Source: Selaginella moellendorffii
Lineage: Eukaryota; Plantae; Lycopodiophyta
Assembly: GCF_000143415.4 (NCBI RefSeq)
Contig: NW_003314341.1
Coordinates: 832,394-896,393, forward strand
DNA: 64,000 bases
Reading direction: 5' to 3'
Shown: positions 1 to 14,000 of the stretch, piece after piece
Numbering within the stretch: position 1 is the first letter of the stretch
Layout: the number at the start of each line of letters is the position of its first letter
Notes under the pieces: generated by a model
Databases searched by the model: none
Told to the model about the DNA's origin: nothing
What the model saw: only the letters and a program-made list of their open reading frames with translations
Translations under genes and position numbers: made by a program

Positions 1-2942
1 TGGTTGTCAAGTCCTACAACTCTTTGCTAGTGCTTCCACACCTCCATCATTATTTGGGTCACCACACTCTAACCGCATGCCTTCTAGCTTAGGCTATGCC
101 ATTCCCATTTCCATTGGGATTCCTTTGGAAAGGGTTCTTATAAACCCGCTAACTTGACCTCAAGGCAGTATGCCTTGGCACATTTGGTGTTTCCACACTA
201 TCAGCTCCACGAGCCTACCTCTATGACACTTTTTACTTGTGTCTAGGTCTTTGCCAAAGACCAATACAGTTGTTTCTTATGCCAACTATCAGTTAGCACT
301 ACACCATAATGTTCACACACAACTTTATGCTGAAGTTGCTTTCTTTTGGGGAACACCTTTCCCATGACTTTAACATAGCATATTCTACCTTCGATGAGAT
401 ACTCTCTATTCTCTTACTTGGATCCTATGATCTTCCCCATCCTTCGTGAGGCACAACACACCTCAGTCCAAATGCTTCTATCAATCCTTTAAGACCATTC
501 CTTGACTCCACTTAAGTCATTCAGCGTTTTGGACTTTTCCTAATCCCCTGACCTATAAGGTCTTACTTTTGATGTGCCAACTCATTGGAATACAACTTCT
601 TGTATTCATGTCCTACTCACCAGGATCACGATTATAAGTGTTATTCCAACACTTGACTATTTTTCGATAATTGTGGGCTACCTTCGCCCTTTAGGACTAT
701 CCGTCCATATGATAGGAATATTGATTTATCCTCTAAGCACACCCCCAACTCCTGGGGTTGTTCCAACATTTATTCAAGGTAGCCCAGCTACCATTCCAAG
801 GACTTATGTCCTCATCCACATTTGACCTCCCATGGTCATTAATTCTGGTCTCAAATTCATGAGCACCAGCCTCAACTTCATGAGAATAATTTTGTGACTC
901 CTTTATCATTTTGGAGTCTCTATCTTCCTCGTGATCCCAACTATAGTTCTTTACCACAACTACATTAGCCAGTTTGCTGAGTCAAACGCTCATCTAGATC
1001 ACATCCTCAACTCAATGAGGAAAACCTTGCACTGTTCCCAAGATCCCAAAGTCATTCCATTATTGACCCTTTTCTATTCACCACCTCGTCTATAAGTTCA
1101 CACATGAACTGTAATGGAGAGCCATGTCTTCCCGACCTGCTACTCCTCAAGGATAGGCCCACTCCTCAGACCTTCCGATGCCAACATCAATGGTGATAAA
1201 CTTGAGTACCAATAAAAGTCAGACTAAGGAACAGCTCCGATACCAAGTTGTAAGCGACTAAATTTTCCATTCTACTTTAGTCACTTAACCATGGCTCCGA
1301 CCACTTGGAGGAGTCTCACTCACAATCTCCGTAAGTCCTATTCTAGACTTAGGGACTTGTTAGCCCCAAGATTGGCATCCATGCCACTCAATCATTGCAC
1401 TTTGTCCAAGTGCTCCACATGTCCGATCCCAGGACTGACACCCCAAGGTACCACTGACATATCAGCCCGTTACACTAAGGCCATGCCCATTCACCTTGGT
1501 CACATCGGTGGTCTGACACCACCTACATTACAGTCCCTTCTCTCAAAGACTGGGTCATCTGTCCATAAGTGATCATCTTAGATCCACTCCTTAGCATCCT
1601 TAGGATGCCCATAGACATGGGGAATAGCCTTCCCCAATATCCCTTTTCCGGTCCCCACCAAGTCCCTTTCTGCCCATGGCCATGTTCGCCAACACTGCCA
1701 CTGGATCCAGGCCCACTGGCTCGACCACTAAGTCCTACGGTCCTCTGGGACTTCCTCACCACCCGACTGTATCCTTGGTCACTACACCAAAGGACTACTC
1801 CTCTTCCTTTTCATAGTCTCGGCCTTTGGGACAATATTTCGGAACACCGTGGCCCTACGCGGGTCTCATGGGTACTCTCCCTGCCTTCCGCCTTTGGGTG
1901 CTCTAACATGGGCTTAGAGCGAGGTTCTGTTGAGCCACACCAGGTATCCAAGTAGGTAGTGCCACCCACACTTGGACTGGGAGCACCGGCCAGTCGATCT
2001 CCTGGGGGAACTAGAGCCGGCTTTTGAACACTTCACCAAGCTACCCTGCTTGTCGGTTCGTGTTCACTCTAGTTTTAGACTTTTCAGTGGGCAGCTCATC
2101 ACCCAACATTGGGTATAGCCTTTCTGGGCCAAACTAGCCTTTCCTGGCCAAACTGGCTCCACTGCAGTCTTCCCTTTTACTATACTTTTGGAGCTCACCA
2201 AACCCCTCAGGGTTTGGGAGACAAACGCTTTGGGCTTTCACCCTCTCAGACTCGAATTTGGACTTGGACTCAGGCTTGGGCTCAGTCTTGGCCTCGGCCT
2301 GAGTCTCGGTCTTGGTCCCGATCTTGGTCTCGGTCTCAGTCCTGGTCTTGGTCTCGGTCTCGACTTCGGACTCCATCTCGGGTCCACCATCTCGCGTCCA
2401 TCTCGGACTCCATCTTGGGTCCATCTCGGACTCCATCTCGGGTCCATCTCAAACTCCATCTCGGACTCCATCTCGAGTCCATCTTGGGTCCATCTCGGGT
2501 CCATCTCGAACTCCATCTCGGACTCCATCTTGGACTCCATCTCGGGTCCTTCTCGGACTCCATCTCAAGTCTGTCTTGGACTCAACCTCGGGTCCATCTT
2601 GAGTCCATCTCGGACTCAATCTCGGGTCCATCTTGGGTCCATCTCGGGTCCATCTTGGACTCCACCTTGGACTCTATCTCGGACTCCTTCTCGGACTCCA
2701 TCTCAGACAATTCCACGTGTCATGTTTTGGTCCTCTTGTGTCCCCTTTTCTAGAGACTCACTCATGGTTCACCTCGTGCTTGTTCCTCAAGCACTTCGTT
2801 GGAAGTTCCACTCCCACTCTCAACCTTTTCAAGTCAGAGCTTTTAGTCCAAACGTGTTACGCTTGTTTGGCTTTTACTTCGGCCACTACCACGTGGCACC
2901 CTTTTGGCTCCACTTTGGGGCCTAGGGATTTTGTGCCTCACA
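1..2942 (-). mobile_element. Family B non-coding LTR element, partial: internal region (1-1248) plus 5' LTR (1249-2942)
   Basis: LTR bounded by TG (1249)...CA (2942), similar to the other B LTRs. Reverse-complement iMet PBS gctccgatacca at 1234-1245. Internal sequence matches ~12480-13700 and ~45750-46970. Confidence 0.85.
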
Positions 2943-4556
2943 CTTAGTAGGTAGTTTGTATGATGCAGCCTGAAAGGGATGTTAACTTTTGGGGCTAAGG
3001 CAATTGAGTTGGATAGAGTCTGGAGTTAGTGTAGAAAAGTGGCCATAATGCTTTTCTTAAAAAGGGTGACCCTTGTGCTTTTCTTTTATAGCATTGAGCT
3101 CGGTGGCAGGTTTCACCTTGCATTTCGTTAGACTCTATGAGAGTAGTGAGCTCTCACTGCTCTTGACTTGGTCTTGGTGGCCTTGCACCTTAGCTGAGGA
3201 TGGTGATGTCCGACTTAGTTGTTTGAGGTTGAGATGTTGGTACCCGTACTATAGCTTTATTTATAAGGAGGTTGTGTACCAATATGAGTCCATCTCGTGG
3301 TCTTCACTTTATTTTCAACTGAGTGTTGATTATGCATGGCTAGCCTCTTCAAGGCATGCTTAGAGCTAGTGGCTAAATGCATTAGTGAACTTATTATAGT
3401 TGAGTTGGATTTGAGTGGTCATTTAGTTCATGCTTGTCCATGAACCTTTATCTTGTACCTGGGGTACTACGTTCATGTTGGACAAGTATATGAACTCGAT
3501 GACGTGAGTTTAGTGTTTGGGTCTTGTGAAAGGCAAGTTGGAAAGTGATTGTTGGTTGCTTTGCAACTAGTGATTGCTTGTAAATTTTGTCAAAGACTGT
3601 GACACTTGCTTCACTTTATGATGATTTAGCAGTGATATGCTTGCTCTACCGGATGGTGTTGCAGAGGATTGTGTCGTTAGACTTACATGGGTTTTTCATG
3701 TTGACATACTGACTCTGCCTCTATCGATATCATTTGGTTGTGTTTAGTTCATAGTGTTGGATTTCATTGAGTCTTGGATGTGGTGAATCACTCCTTGATG
3801 AAGTGTTATTTATAGTTGAGTATTGTTGAAGGATTAGTCTCGGATACTAAGTAAAGTATCTTCGACTTTGGTTAGCTTAGTTGCTAGAGAGTTTTGGGTG
3901 GTGATTCACTCATGCTTTCTTCTAACTTTGTTATAGTGTTGATGGCATTGAAGTGATGCCTTGTCATTGACATTGTTGATGTTGAGATTTGAGTGAAATG
4001 AGATGTCTCTTCAAAAGATTGATGTTGAGTTTCATTAGTCTCGATGAAGATAGTGTTGATGATTTGGCTATAGCTTTATGTTATTGGCATTTGTACAATT
4101 GCTAATTAGCAACTGTATTAACGTTCAAACGAATTGAGTGGCAAGTTTGAGTTAGTTATGTTCCAAACGAGATTGTTTAATAGAGGTTAAGCTTTAGCTT
4201 TCCCTTGAAAAGAGATTTACTCATTGACTATACTAGCTTTACAAGAATAAGAGTTAGTGATTAATATTGGAATATTTGAATCCTTATTGGGTTTGAGTTG
4301 GAATATATCGATCATTGATGATTCTTTTTGTGCTTGTTATGAAGTGAGTTACGTCTTGCTATAAATGGATTCATGGAGGATTGTTCAGTGATCACTAATT
4401 CAGTATAGCTTCGTTATACTTAGCTTTTGAATTGATGTAGATATACTCTTCATTAGCTTTGGCATTATGAAGTTCAGATTATAGATGTGTTAAGGAAGAT
4501 ATTGTGGGTTGCACTATGAAATTTCATTTTTAGCATTGAAGTTAGTTCATGCAAAG

Positions 4557-5778
4557 TGTAAGCCATAAATTTTTCCTTTCCAATTTGCCAGCTTACCTCA
4601 TCTATCTGTCCAACACTGCCTTGGCTTTTGCTAAGTTCCCTCGCCAAGGTTCCCGTCTATGGTACCAACTCCTACTTGGTCCTACTTGGTTTCAGCTACT
4701 CACTGCACAAGCAACAGAGTGTTAGCCATCCATCCACGGATTCCCAAATCTCTCCCAATCCCCCTCCCCAGGTTAGACTGGACTTAAGGTTCAGCTACAC
4801 TCCCCACAAGCACAAGCAACCAAGCATACCAAGCTTCCAAGTTCCTAACATCCCTTGGTACCACAAGACTTGATCATGACACCCTCTAAATCCCAAGTCT
4901 CGGGTGCAAACTTGCTTCGGGACACCGGGGCGAAACACCATGGCCTAACGGCCCGGTATGGGTACCTCTACCCCCCCACTTCCATCCCAAAGGGAAGGCC
5001 CAAGCCCCTAGGAAGAGCGAGGACCAATGAGCCGCATGGTACTCAAGTGGGGCACCACTCCACATGAGCCGGAAGCACCACAGTCTGTTTCCCTTTCGGG
5101 AGTGGGAGTTGCTCTTGAGCACTTTCTTGGATGGCCCCTCCGGCACCAACCAAGTCCATGCTCACTCCCACCCAAGGCCCCTCGGTCCTAGTCCCAACCT
5201 CAAGTCAGTTTGGAAGCCCCACTAGAGAGTTCCTTCAAAACTGGTTCCTAAACCTCACTATCCCTACTATACTTTTGGAACCTCCTGCAGCCCCCCTCTC
5301 CCCTGGGCGATGCACGCTTTGGGCTTTCACCCCTTGACTCGTATTAGTACTCGGACTTAGTCTNNNNNNNNNNNNNNNNNNNNNNNNNNNNNNNNNNNNN
5401 NNNNNNNNNNNNNNNNNNNNNNNNNNNNNNNNNNNNNNNNNNNNNNNNNNNNNNNNNNNNNNNGACTCGATCTCGGATCCGACTTCGGATTCAGTCTCGG
5501 ACTCGATCTCGGACCCGATCACGGACTCGACCTCGGACTCAACCTCGGACTCAGTCTCGGACCCAATTTCGGATCTCGGACTTGGTCTCGTACTCGGTCT
5601 TGAACTCAGTCTCCGAGTCGGCCTTGGACTCGATTCCGGACTCTATCTCGAACTCGGTCTTAGAGTCGGTCTTAGACTCGATCTTAGACTCGGTCCCAGT
5701 CGATGAACTCTTTATCATTTTGGTTATGCTTTCGGGGCTCCTTTAGCCTACGACACCTCGGCGAGTTGGTTCCTTACA
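4557..5778 (-). repeat. 3' LTR of reverse-strand family A chromovirus (contains N gap)
   Basis: Reverse complement of LTR 16325-17474; TG...CA ends; PPT (rc gggtggtggagt) at 5779-5790; preceded by caaag (4552-4556). Confidence 0.9.
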
Positions 5779-6184
5779 ACTCCACCACCCATAGAAGAAG
5801 TTCGATGCCCACATCAAACATCTCTTTTTTATCCTACGACTTGTTGACGATGTCTCCGGGGGCATCCCCCCACTTAGCGGTGTGCCTAAGTTAGCCTCCC
5901 CAGCCAAGAGCCCATGACAACGGAATATAGGTGTCCTTATACTCCTCACCTCACCACGCCCTAGTATGGGGTCAGGACTTGAACCCAGCCTTGCTTTACT
6001 AGGGGGTTGGGACTCGAACCCAACCTCTGTAGAATACGTCTATGGATTCGACATCCCCGCAGGGAGTCGGGCATAGTTCCCTACGCCTGGTCGACCTAGC
6101 TAACCCATGCTAATTAGCTTACCTTCGGCGCGCCTTTGGGTCCCAACATATGCCATTGCTCAACTTCTCAAATTGATACTTTTA

Positions 6185-8073
6185 ATTGAACTTTGCATAA
6201 GTACATAGAGTTCTACCTTGCAGAAATTCCTCCACTAGATCTCGCGTGTTCGCGAGGTTCTCCTTCGGTTCCTATGTTACTTCGCAGTGTGGAAATCCTT
6301 TCCACTTCACATGGAACTCTCTCACCTTGCGTCCTTGTCGCTTGCTCTTGCGCGCATTGAGGATGGCCTTGACTTCGTATTCCTCTTCCCCTTGGATAAC
6401 CTCAGGTAAAGGTCTTACTTGGTCCTTGTGAAGCGGATCCTCAAAATACGGCTTGAGTAAGTTCACGTGGAACACGGGATGCATCTTCCCCATCTCTCGA
6501 GGAAGTCGAAGATGGTAAGCCACTTTACCGATTCGAGCCTCAATCTCGTAAGGCCACGCGAACCTACTTAAGGAACTCAAAGATCAATTCATTTATAGGA
6601 ATATATGCATTTTTACCTTTGGGTCAACTTTCGGCAGATCCCACTAGGCAGCCTGAGGTTCTTGGTGTTCAGCCACACCTTCTCCCCAGCTTGGAACTCT
6701 ACATCCTGGCGCTTCTGGTTCGCGTACTTAGTTTACCTTTGTTGAGCCCATTCCAAGGAATCCCTCACTAGATTCCAAATGTTGAGTCTTTCCGCCATGA
6801 ATGCCTCCACTACAGGTAACTCTCCATGATACTCGGCCACGCCGAGTTCCACAGGACCTTCAATAGCTCACCCATTGATGACTTCCCATGGACTCACCCC
6901 GATGCTCGAATTTGGTGAGTTGTTATAACACATTTCCGCAAGTCCCAAATGACTTACCCAATCGGTCTGATCTCCCGAGACATAGCATCGCAAATAATCC
7001 TTCAGCTGCCTATTCACCCTTTCTGTTTGTCTGTCTGTCAAGAAGTGTTAGTGCCATCAATCTTGACTTAATACCCATTACCTGTCTGCGGGTGATAGGC
7101 TGTGCTGAATTTCAACTTGGTGCGATACTATTCTAGGAGTGTCCTCCAGAACCTACTAGTGAAGATCTTATCTCGATCTGAGATAATCTCTTCCGGCCTT
7201 CCCCGCACTCAAACCACTTGTTCGAAGAACAGCTTCGCCACACCTTCCGCATCCACTTCCGTTGTGGTGGGTATGAAATGTGCCATCTTCGAAAATCGAT
7301 CCACCACCACGAATATCGCATCGAACCCCTTGCTTGGGGGAAGTCCCGTGATGAAGTCCATCGTAAGACATTTCCACGGACGATCTGGAATTGGGATGCT
7401 TTATAACAAGCCCCCACTAACCTTAGTCATGCCTTTGACCTACTGACATGTTGGACATGTCTTTACATAGTCTTGGACATCCTTAGCCATATCTGGCCAG
7501 TGGTACTTCCTCTTGAGTAAGCCCATTGTCTTGGGTACTCCGCCGTGTCCCGCAAGAGGTCCGTCGTGACACTCTTCTAAGGCTACCTTCCTTAGTTCCC
7601 CTTCTAGAACATACACCTTCGTTTGCTTGTAATATATGAGTCCGTTGCGTTCTGTATAGCCTGTTTTCTCTTCCGTTGGCAGCTCACCTCTCTGGTGAGC
7701 TTCCCGTGCCTCTAGATTCCTCAGCAACACTTCTTGTGCTATACCATCGTTCTCGTATGTAGTCCGCACATCATCCCAAAAGGTTGCTATTGCACTAGAT
7801 ATAGCCAACTTCAAGCTCTCTTTTCGACTTAGCGCATCTGCCATGATGTTGTTCTTTCCAAGCTTATACAGAATCTTGCAATCAAATTCGGCCAAGGCAT
7901 TGGCCCACTGACCTTGTTTTCCCCTCAAGTTAGGTTGTGACAAGAAGTGTTTCGTTGCCATACTGTCCGTGTAAACCTTGAAGTGTCTCCCAAGGTAGTG
8001 TCGCCACTCCTTGAGTGCCTTGACCACCGCAAACAATTCCTTCTCATGGGCAGGCCACTTCCGTTGAGCCTTG
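6185..8073 (-). pseudogene. pol: Decayed pol 3' part (RNase H, integrase, chromodomain) of family A; continues at 15517-15690 after the nested B element
   Basis: ORF pieces [30 protein letters not shown] and GEEEYEVKAILNAR..HVKWKGF; frameshifts and stops; introns at 7035-7081 and 6564-6616. Confidence 0.9.
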
Positions 8074-11000
8074 TGAAAGCGACTAATTTTTCCATTCTAC
8101 TTTAGTCACTTAACCACACCTCCAACCACTTGGAGGAGTCTCACTCACAACCTCCATAAGTCCCATTTCAGACTTGGGCTTGCTAGCCCGAGAATGGCAT
8201 CCCCGCCACTCAACCTTTACACTTGATCCAAGTGCTCCACGTGTTCGATCCCATGACTAACACCCCAAGGTACCACTGACATATCAGCCCGTTACGCTAA
8301 GGCCATGCCCCTTTACATTGGTCACCCCGGTGGTCTAACACCACCTTCATCACAGTCCCATCTCTCAAGGACTGGGCCATCCGTCCATGAGTGATCATTC
8401 CAGATCCACTCCTTAGCATCCTTAGGATGCCCACAGACATGGGGAATAGCCTTCCCCAATATCCCTTTTCCGGTCTTCACCAAGTCCCTTTCTACCCATG
8501 GCCGTATTCACCAACACTGCCACTGGATCGAGGCTCACAGGCCCGACCACTAAGTCCCACGGTCCTCTGGGACTTCCTCACCACTCGACTGTATCCTTGG
8601 TCACTACACCAGAGGACTACTCCTCTTCCTTTCCATAGTCTCAGCCTTTGGGACAACATTTCGGAACACCGTGGCCTTACACAGGCCTCATGGGTACTCT
8701 CCCCGCCTTCTGCCTTTGGGTGCTCTAGCCATGGGCTTAGAGCGAGGTTCCGTTGAGCCACACCAGGTATCCAAGTAGGTAGTGCCACCCACACTTGGAC
8801 TGGGAGCATCGACCATTCGATCTCCCTGGGGAACTAGAGCCAGCTCTTGAACACTTCACCAAGCTACCCCACTTGTCGGTCCGTATTCCTTCTAGTCTTG
8901 GACTTCCCAGTGGCCAGTTCATTACCCAACACTAGGTATGGCCTTCCTGGGCCAATCTGGCCCTTCTTGGCCAAACTGGCTCCACTGGGCTCCAACCCTC
9001 ACACTCTCCCTACTATACTTTTGGAATCCCCCGCACCCGCCCCCCCCCCCCCCCCCTTGGGGGACAATCGCTTTGGGCTTTCACCCAACTACCTATATTA
9101 GTATTCGGACTCGGACTCGGGCTCGAACTCGGACTCAGACTCGGTCTCGGTCCCGGTTTCGGACTCGGACTCGGTCTCGGTCTCGATCTTGGCCTCCGTC
9201 TCGGTCTCAGTCTCGTTCTCGGTTCCATCTCGGACTCCATCTCGGACTCCATCTCAGATCCATCTCGGGTCCATCTTGGACTCCATCTCGGGCTCCATCT
9301 CGGACTCCATCTCGGGCTCCATCTCGGACTCCATCTCGGGTCCATCTCAGACTCCATCTCGGGTCCATCTCGGACTCCATCTCGGGTTCATCTCAGACTC
9401 CATCTCGGGTCCATCTCGGACTCCATCTCGGGTCCATCTTGGGTCCATCTCGGGTCCCTTTTTGGAGCCTTGCTTATTGCTCGCTTTGTGCTCGTTCCTC
9501 AAGGCCTTTGTTAGGAGTTCCACTCCCACTCTCGACCTTTTCACGTTGGAGCTTTTTAGTCCAAACGTTTTACGCACGTTTGGTTTTCGCTTCGGCCACC
9601 AACACATGGCACCCTTCCGGCTCCACTTTGTAGCCTAGGGATTTTGTGTCTCACAACTCCACCACCCATAGACGAAGTTCGATGTCCTCAACGAACGGTA
9701 ACCCTCTTATAAATTAACACCTACATGTATTACCAGTTCCATCCTTGGCACCCAGCCAATATTTGTCTATGGTTTGACACCAAAGGCTCACCATGCCTTG
9801 TCCATCCTATAAGGAGCATAGTCTCTCCAACTTAGAGACTCATTCGGCCACCTGGGGTGGTTTACTCCCTTTTATTGGTTCAGTTCTTGCTAAACCTGTT
9901 AGAGACATCGTCTCTAACTCAATTCCACTACCCATTCTCGAGTAGTCTCAGATTCTATCGACATAACATTTGCACTTTGGAACGTTTACTTTTAACTTCT
10001 TGAAATCAATTTCCTAGGTGTCTCCGACACCTTACGTTGCACATGGTGCAACTCCACTTCCCTATCCTAGGAAGTTCTTTACTTGAGGATACCATCATCC
10101 TCTCTCCGATATTGTGCCACCTTTGACACCAAGTTTCAGTTATCATAATTAGTGCTAGGGCTGCCCACGACCCTATTATTTGGCTACTTTACCGCTCCCC
10201 CCTTTGGAGCATCCACTTCGCCAAATTGGAACAGTTGGGAATCCACCCTTAGGGAAACTTTGCCTTTCCCACAATTCGTTAGCACCTAACACATTAGTGT
10301 TCTCGGCCTAACTTTGCCATTTGGATTCTTTCCCAGGATTCCGATGGCTCTTTTCTTAGCCACTAGTGTTTTGCTCTTATCCTTGATTGTTGCACCCAGC
10401 AATATAGGATTGCTACCTCCATTTTCGAGGTTTCCTTTCAGTTCTATAGCAAACACTTTGCTTTGCCAAATCCAGAGGGTGTTCACCCCTAGTACGTCTC
10501 TTTAACATTTTCTGCTGTGGGCTCTATCCACGGCCCAACTTTTGAGATCCTTTCTTGGATCTCTTATAGAGACTACCTTCCTCGGACTTACTATGCCACA
10601 GCATTGACATAGCTCATTTCCCTTAGGTATTTTTCCCACTTGGTCACCTTGACCAAGCCACACCATTATCAATAGTTCAAATCAACACTTTGAACTAGGA
10701 ATCATATTCCTTAACCCAAACAAAGACCTTGTCCTTGTTTAGCCACAAGATCACCTGGTGATCTCATCTTGACCACTTAATAGGTCTTCCCATAGGAACT
10801 ACGTCTTCTAGACCCTTCCATGTTGTTGACTATGACCCCGGGGGCATCCTCCACGCTTGGCGGTGCGCCCAAGCCAGCCCTTCTGGCCAAGGATCCATAG
10901 CAACTGAGACTGGGTGTCCCCATCTCATTCACCACGTCTTTGGTGCCCTTTACACTAAAGTGTTCAAGTTAGATATGCCGAGCTTTCACTCTAAGCAATC

Positions 11001-14000
11001 TAACCGTGCATCACGACTCCGAGGCATCCCTCGCTTGGCGGTGTGCCCAAACTAGTCTCCTCACTGAGAGTCCATGACCACCGAAAAATGAGTGTCCTCA
11101 TATTCCAAACCATCACCACGCCCTAGTGATTTGGGACTCGAACCCAAGCCCTAGAGGGTCGGGACTCGAACCCAACCTCCGTATATGCATCTACAGACGG
11201 CATCACCTAGGATGCCTGGCGTGACTCATCATGCCGGTGCACCAACTTATACTAAAAGCGCGCTACAGATCACAGCTTAGGAACCTAGTTCCTCCACACT
11301 GCCAAGTCCTCTTACTTGACAAGTCTGTGATCATGTATGGACTCCTCCATGCTTGGCCCCATGGCCCACCCTTTTTGAAGTTATCACCTTCAACTAGGGT
11401 ATTTGTTCCCCCAACTTGCCAATCTCGCTTGGCAAGTCCTCCGACCACTGTAACATGGTTCCTGCATAAGCGTGAAAATCCTTGACCATCGACTTTCGTT
11501 CAAAGCCTTATCTTTGAACACTCGGGAACTACTTCCCTAACCTTGATAGCCTTGCCTCATGGCAAGCTTCAAGACCACACTTCTGCTGCACCACTTTGAT
11601 TTTGCATGTTCTATGAACCATTTACACTTGGCCTTTTTAGGTACTAAACTACCTAGAATCGTCTTTGGGAGCCTTGAAGGAACTCTGTCCCTTAGCTTGC
11701 TAAGGCCTCCCTTTTCGCAAACTCTATAGTTGTCATATAGTCTACAAGTTGGGAGTGGAGAATCAAGAGGGTGCTCGAGGATGTTGTTGCTAGCAACTGT
11801 GATGCCATGGGGAGTCTAAAATATGGAATTGTCCATGTCATAACCACCATTGGATATGCCCTTTGATTTCTATGGTTATGTTCCATCCTAATACTACTTG
11901 CCTTTTGGCCCCATATGTTTCCTTTGGTTATTCTCCTCAAGACTAAGAGGATAGCTTTGCACATTTTACTATGCCTTAGCAAGTATTCTTAGGGATGAAC
12001 CTACCCGATAGCCTAGGGAGTGGTTCTTCAATCTTGGGCATGCTCACCTTATAATCCCACACATCGGGATTAACGTTGCTGCTTATGGGCCTTTACATGC
12101 CCATCACTAGCCTTGCCAAAACTCCATTTTTTGCTTTGTCCAATTCGGGTAGACAGTCTTCTCTTGTCTCCGCAACTTTGGACATTTGGATAGCACTTAC
12201 TATCCATCATTCGCTAGGGACTTAGTCCCTTGGGCCTTATCTATTGCCCTTGCGACACGAAACACCACCTCCTGGTGTTCTAGAGTGTTGGGGTGTCCCA
12301 ATGATGGCCTCCTGACAATGAGCATTCCCGTTTATGACATTAACTTACTATATCGCAACATAAGCAATTTATCCCCTATAAGGGTATATGTAACTTCCTT
12401 ATGCCATTAAGAAGTCTTGGGTAGCTACTTTCTACCCATTTAACCAATTACCTTGCACCTCTTGCTTAGTTGCCCCATAGTTGTCAAGTCCTACAACTCA
12501 TTGCTTGGTGCTTCCACACCTCCATCGTTATGTGGGTCACCACACTTCAACCACATGCCTTCCAGCTTAGGCCATGCCATTCCCGCTTCCATTGGGATTC
12601 CCTTGGCAAGGGGTTCTTATGAACCCACCATCATAACCTCAAGGTATCACACCTTGGCACATTTGGTGTCTCCACACTATCGGCCCCACGAGCCTACCCT
12701 TATGACACTACTTATTAGTGTCTAGGTCTTTGCCAAGATCAATATAATTGTTCCTCATGTTAACTTTTCGTTGCACCGCACCATAGTGTTTGCACCCAAC
12801 TCTGGGCCAAAGTTTCTTTCTTCTGGGAATATTTTTCCCACAACTTTAGTATGGCACATTTTGCCATCAATGAGATACCTACTGTTCTCATACTTGGATC
12901 TTATGATCCTCCTCATACCTCATAGGGCACCACACACCTCAGTCCAAATACTGCAACTAATCCCATAGGACCATTCCCTGACTCCGCTTGAGTCATCTAG
13001 CATTTTGGACTTTGCTAATCCAACAACCTGCGAGGTCTTAGTCTTAGAGGTGCCAACTCACTGGAATACAACTTCTTGTATTCATATCCTACTCACAAGG
13101 ACAATCTTTGCAAGTGTTACTCTGACACTTGATGATTTTCTTGGGGTTAACCTTTGCCCCTTAGGACTACTTGTCTATAGAAACTCATCTTTAAGTACAC
13201 CCCCAACTCCTTGGGTTGTTCCAGCATTTATTAGAGGTAACCCCAACTACCATTTCAAGGACTGGTGTCCTCTTCTGTATTTGACCTCCCACAGTCAACA
13301 ATTCCGGTCTCAAATTTATGAGTACCAGCCTCAACCATATAAGGGTAATCTTGTAACTCCTTTATTGTTTTGGAGTCTGCATCGTTCCCGTGATCCCAAC
13401 TATAGTTGTTTACCACAATTACATTAGCTCATTTGCTACGTCAAACGCTCATCTGGATCACATCCTCAGCTCTCTGAAGAAACCTTTATACTGTTCCCAA
13501 GATCCCAAAGTTGTTCCCTTACTGGCCCTTTTCCATCCACCATATCGTGCAGAAGTTCATACACGAACTCAAGTGGAGAGCCATGTCCTTTCGACATGCT
13601 ACTCCTCAAGGATAGGTCCATATCTAGGACCTTCCGATTCCAATACAAGCGGTGATATACTTGGCCACCAATAAGAGTCGGACTAAGGAACAGCTCTGAT
13701 ACCAAATTGTAAGCAACTAACTTTTCCATTCTACTTTAGTCACTTAACCACACCTCCAACCACTTGGAGGAGTCTCACTCACAACCTCCATAAGTCCTAT
13801 TTCAGACTTGGGCTTGCTAGCCCGAGAATGGCATCCCCGCCACTCAACCTTTGCACTTGATCCAAGTGCTCCACATGTCCGATCTCATGACTGACACCCC
13901 AAGGTACCATTGACATATTAGCCCGTTACACTAAGGCCATGCCCCTTTACCTTGGTCACCCCGGTGGTCTAACACCACCTGCATCACAGTCCCATCTCTC

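Noticed and set aside
2109-2925. Long overlapping ORFs (LGLHLG/SISD/ESEM) in B LTRs, and similar ones at 9, 14.7, 27, 28.5, 44.6 and 56 kb
   Set aside because: By-products of stop-free hexamer/12-mer arrays; open in many frames and not length-conserved.
8192-8210. atggcatcc(a/c)Ygccac in B LTRs as copies of the transposon palindrome
   Set aside because: Different spacing and shorter arms; does not fit the 8-6-8 pattern.
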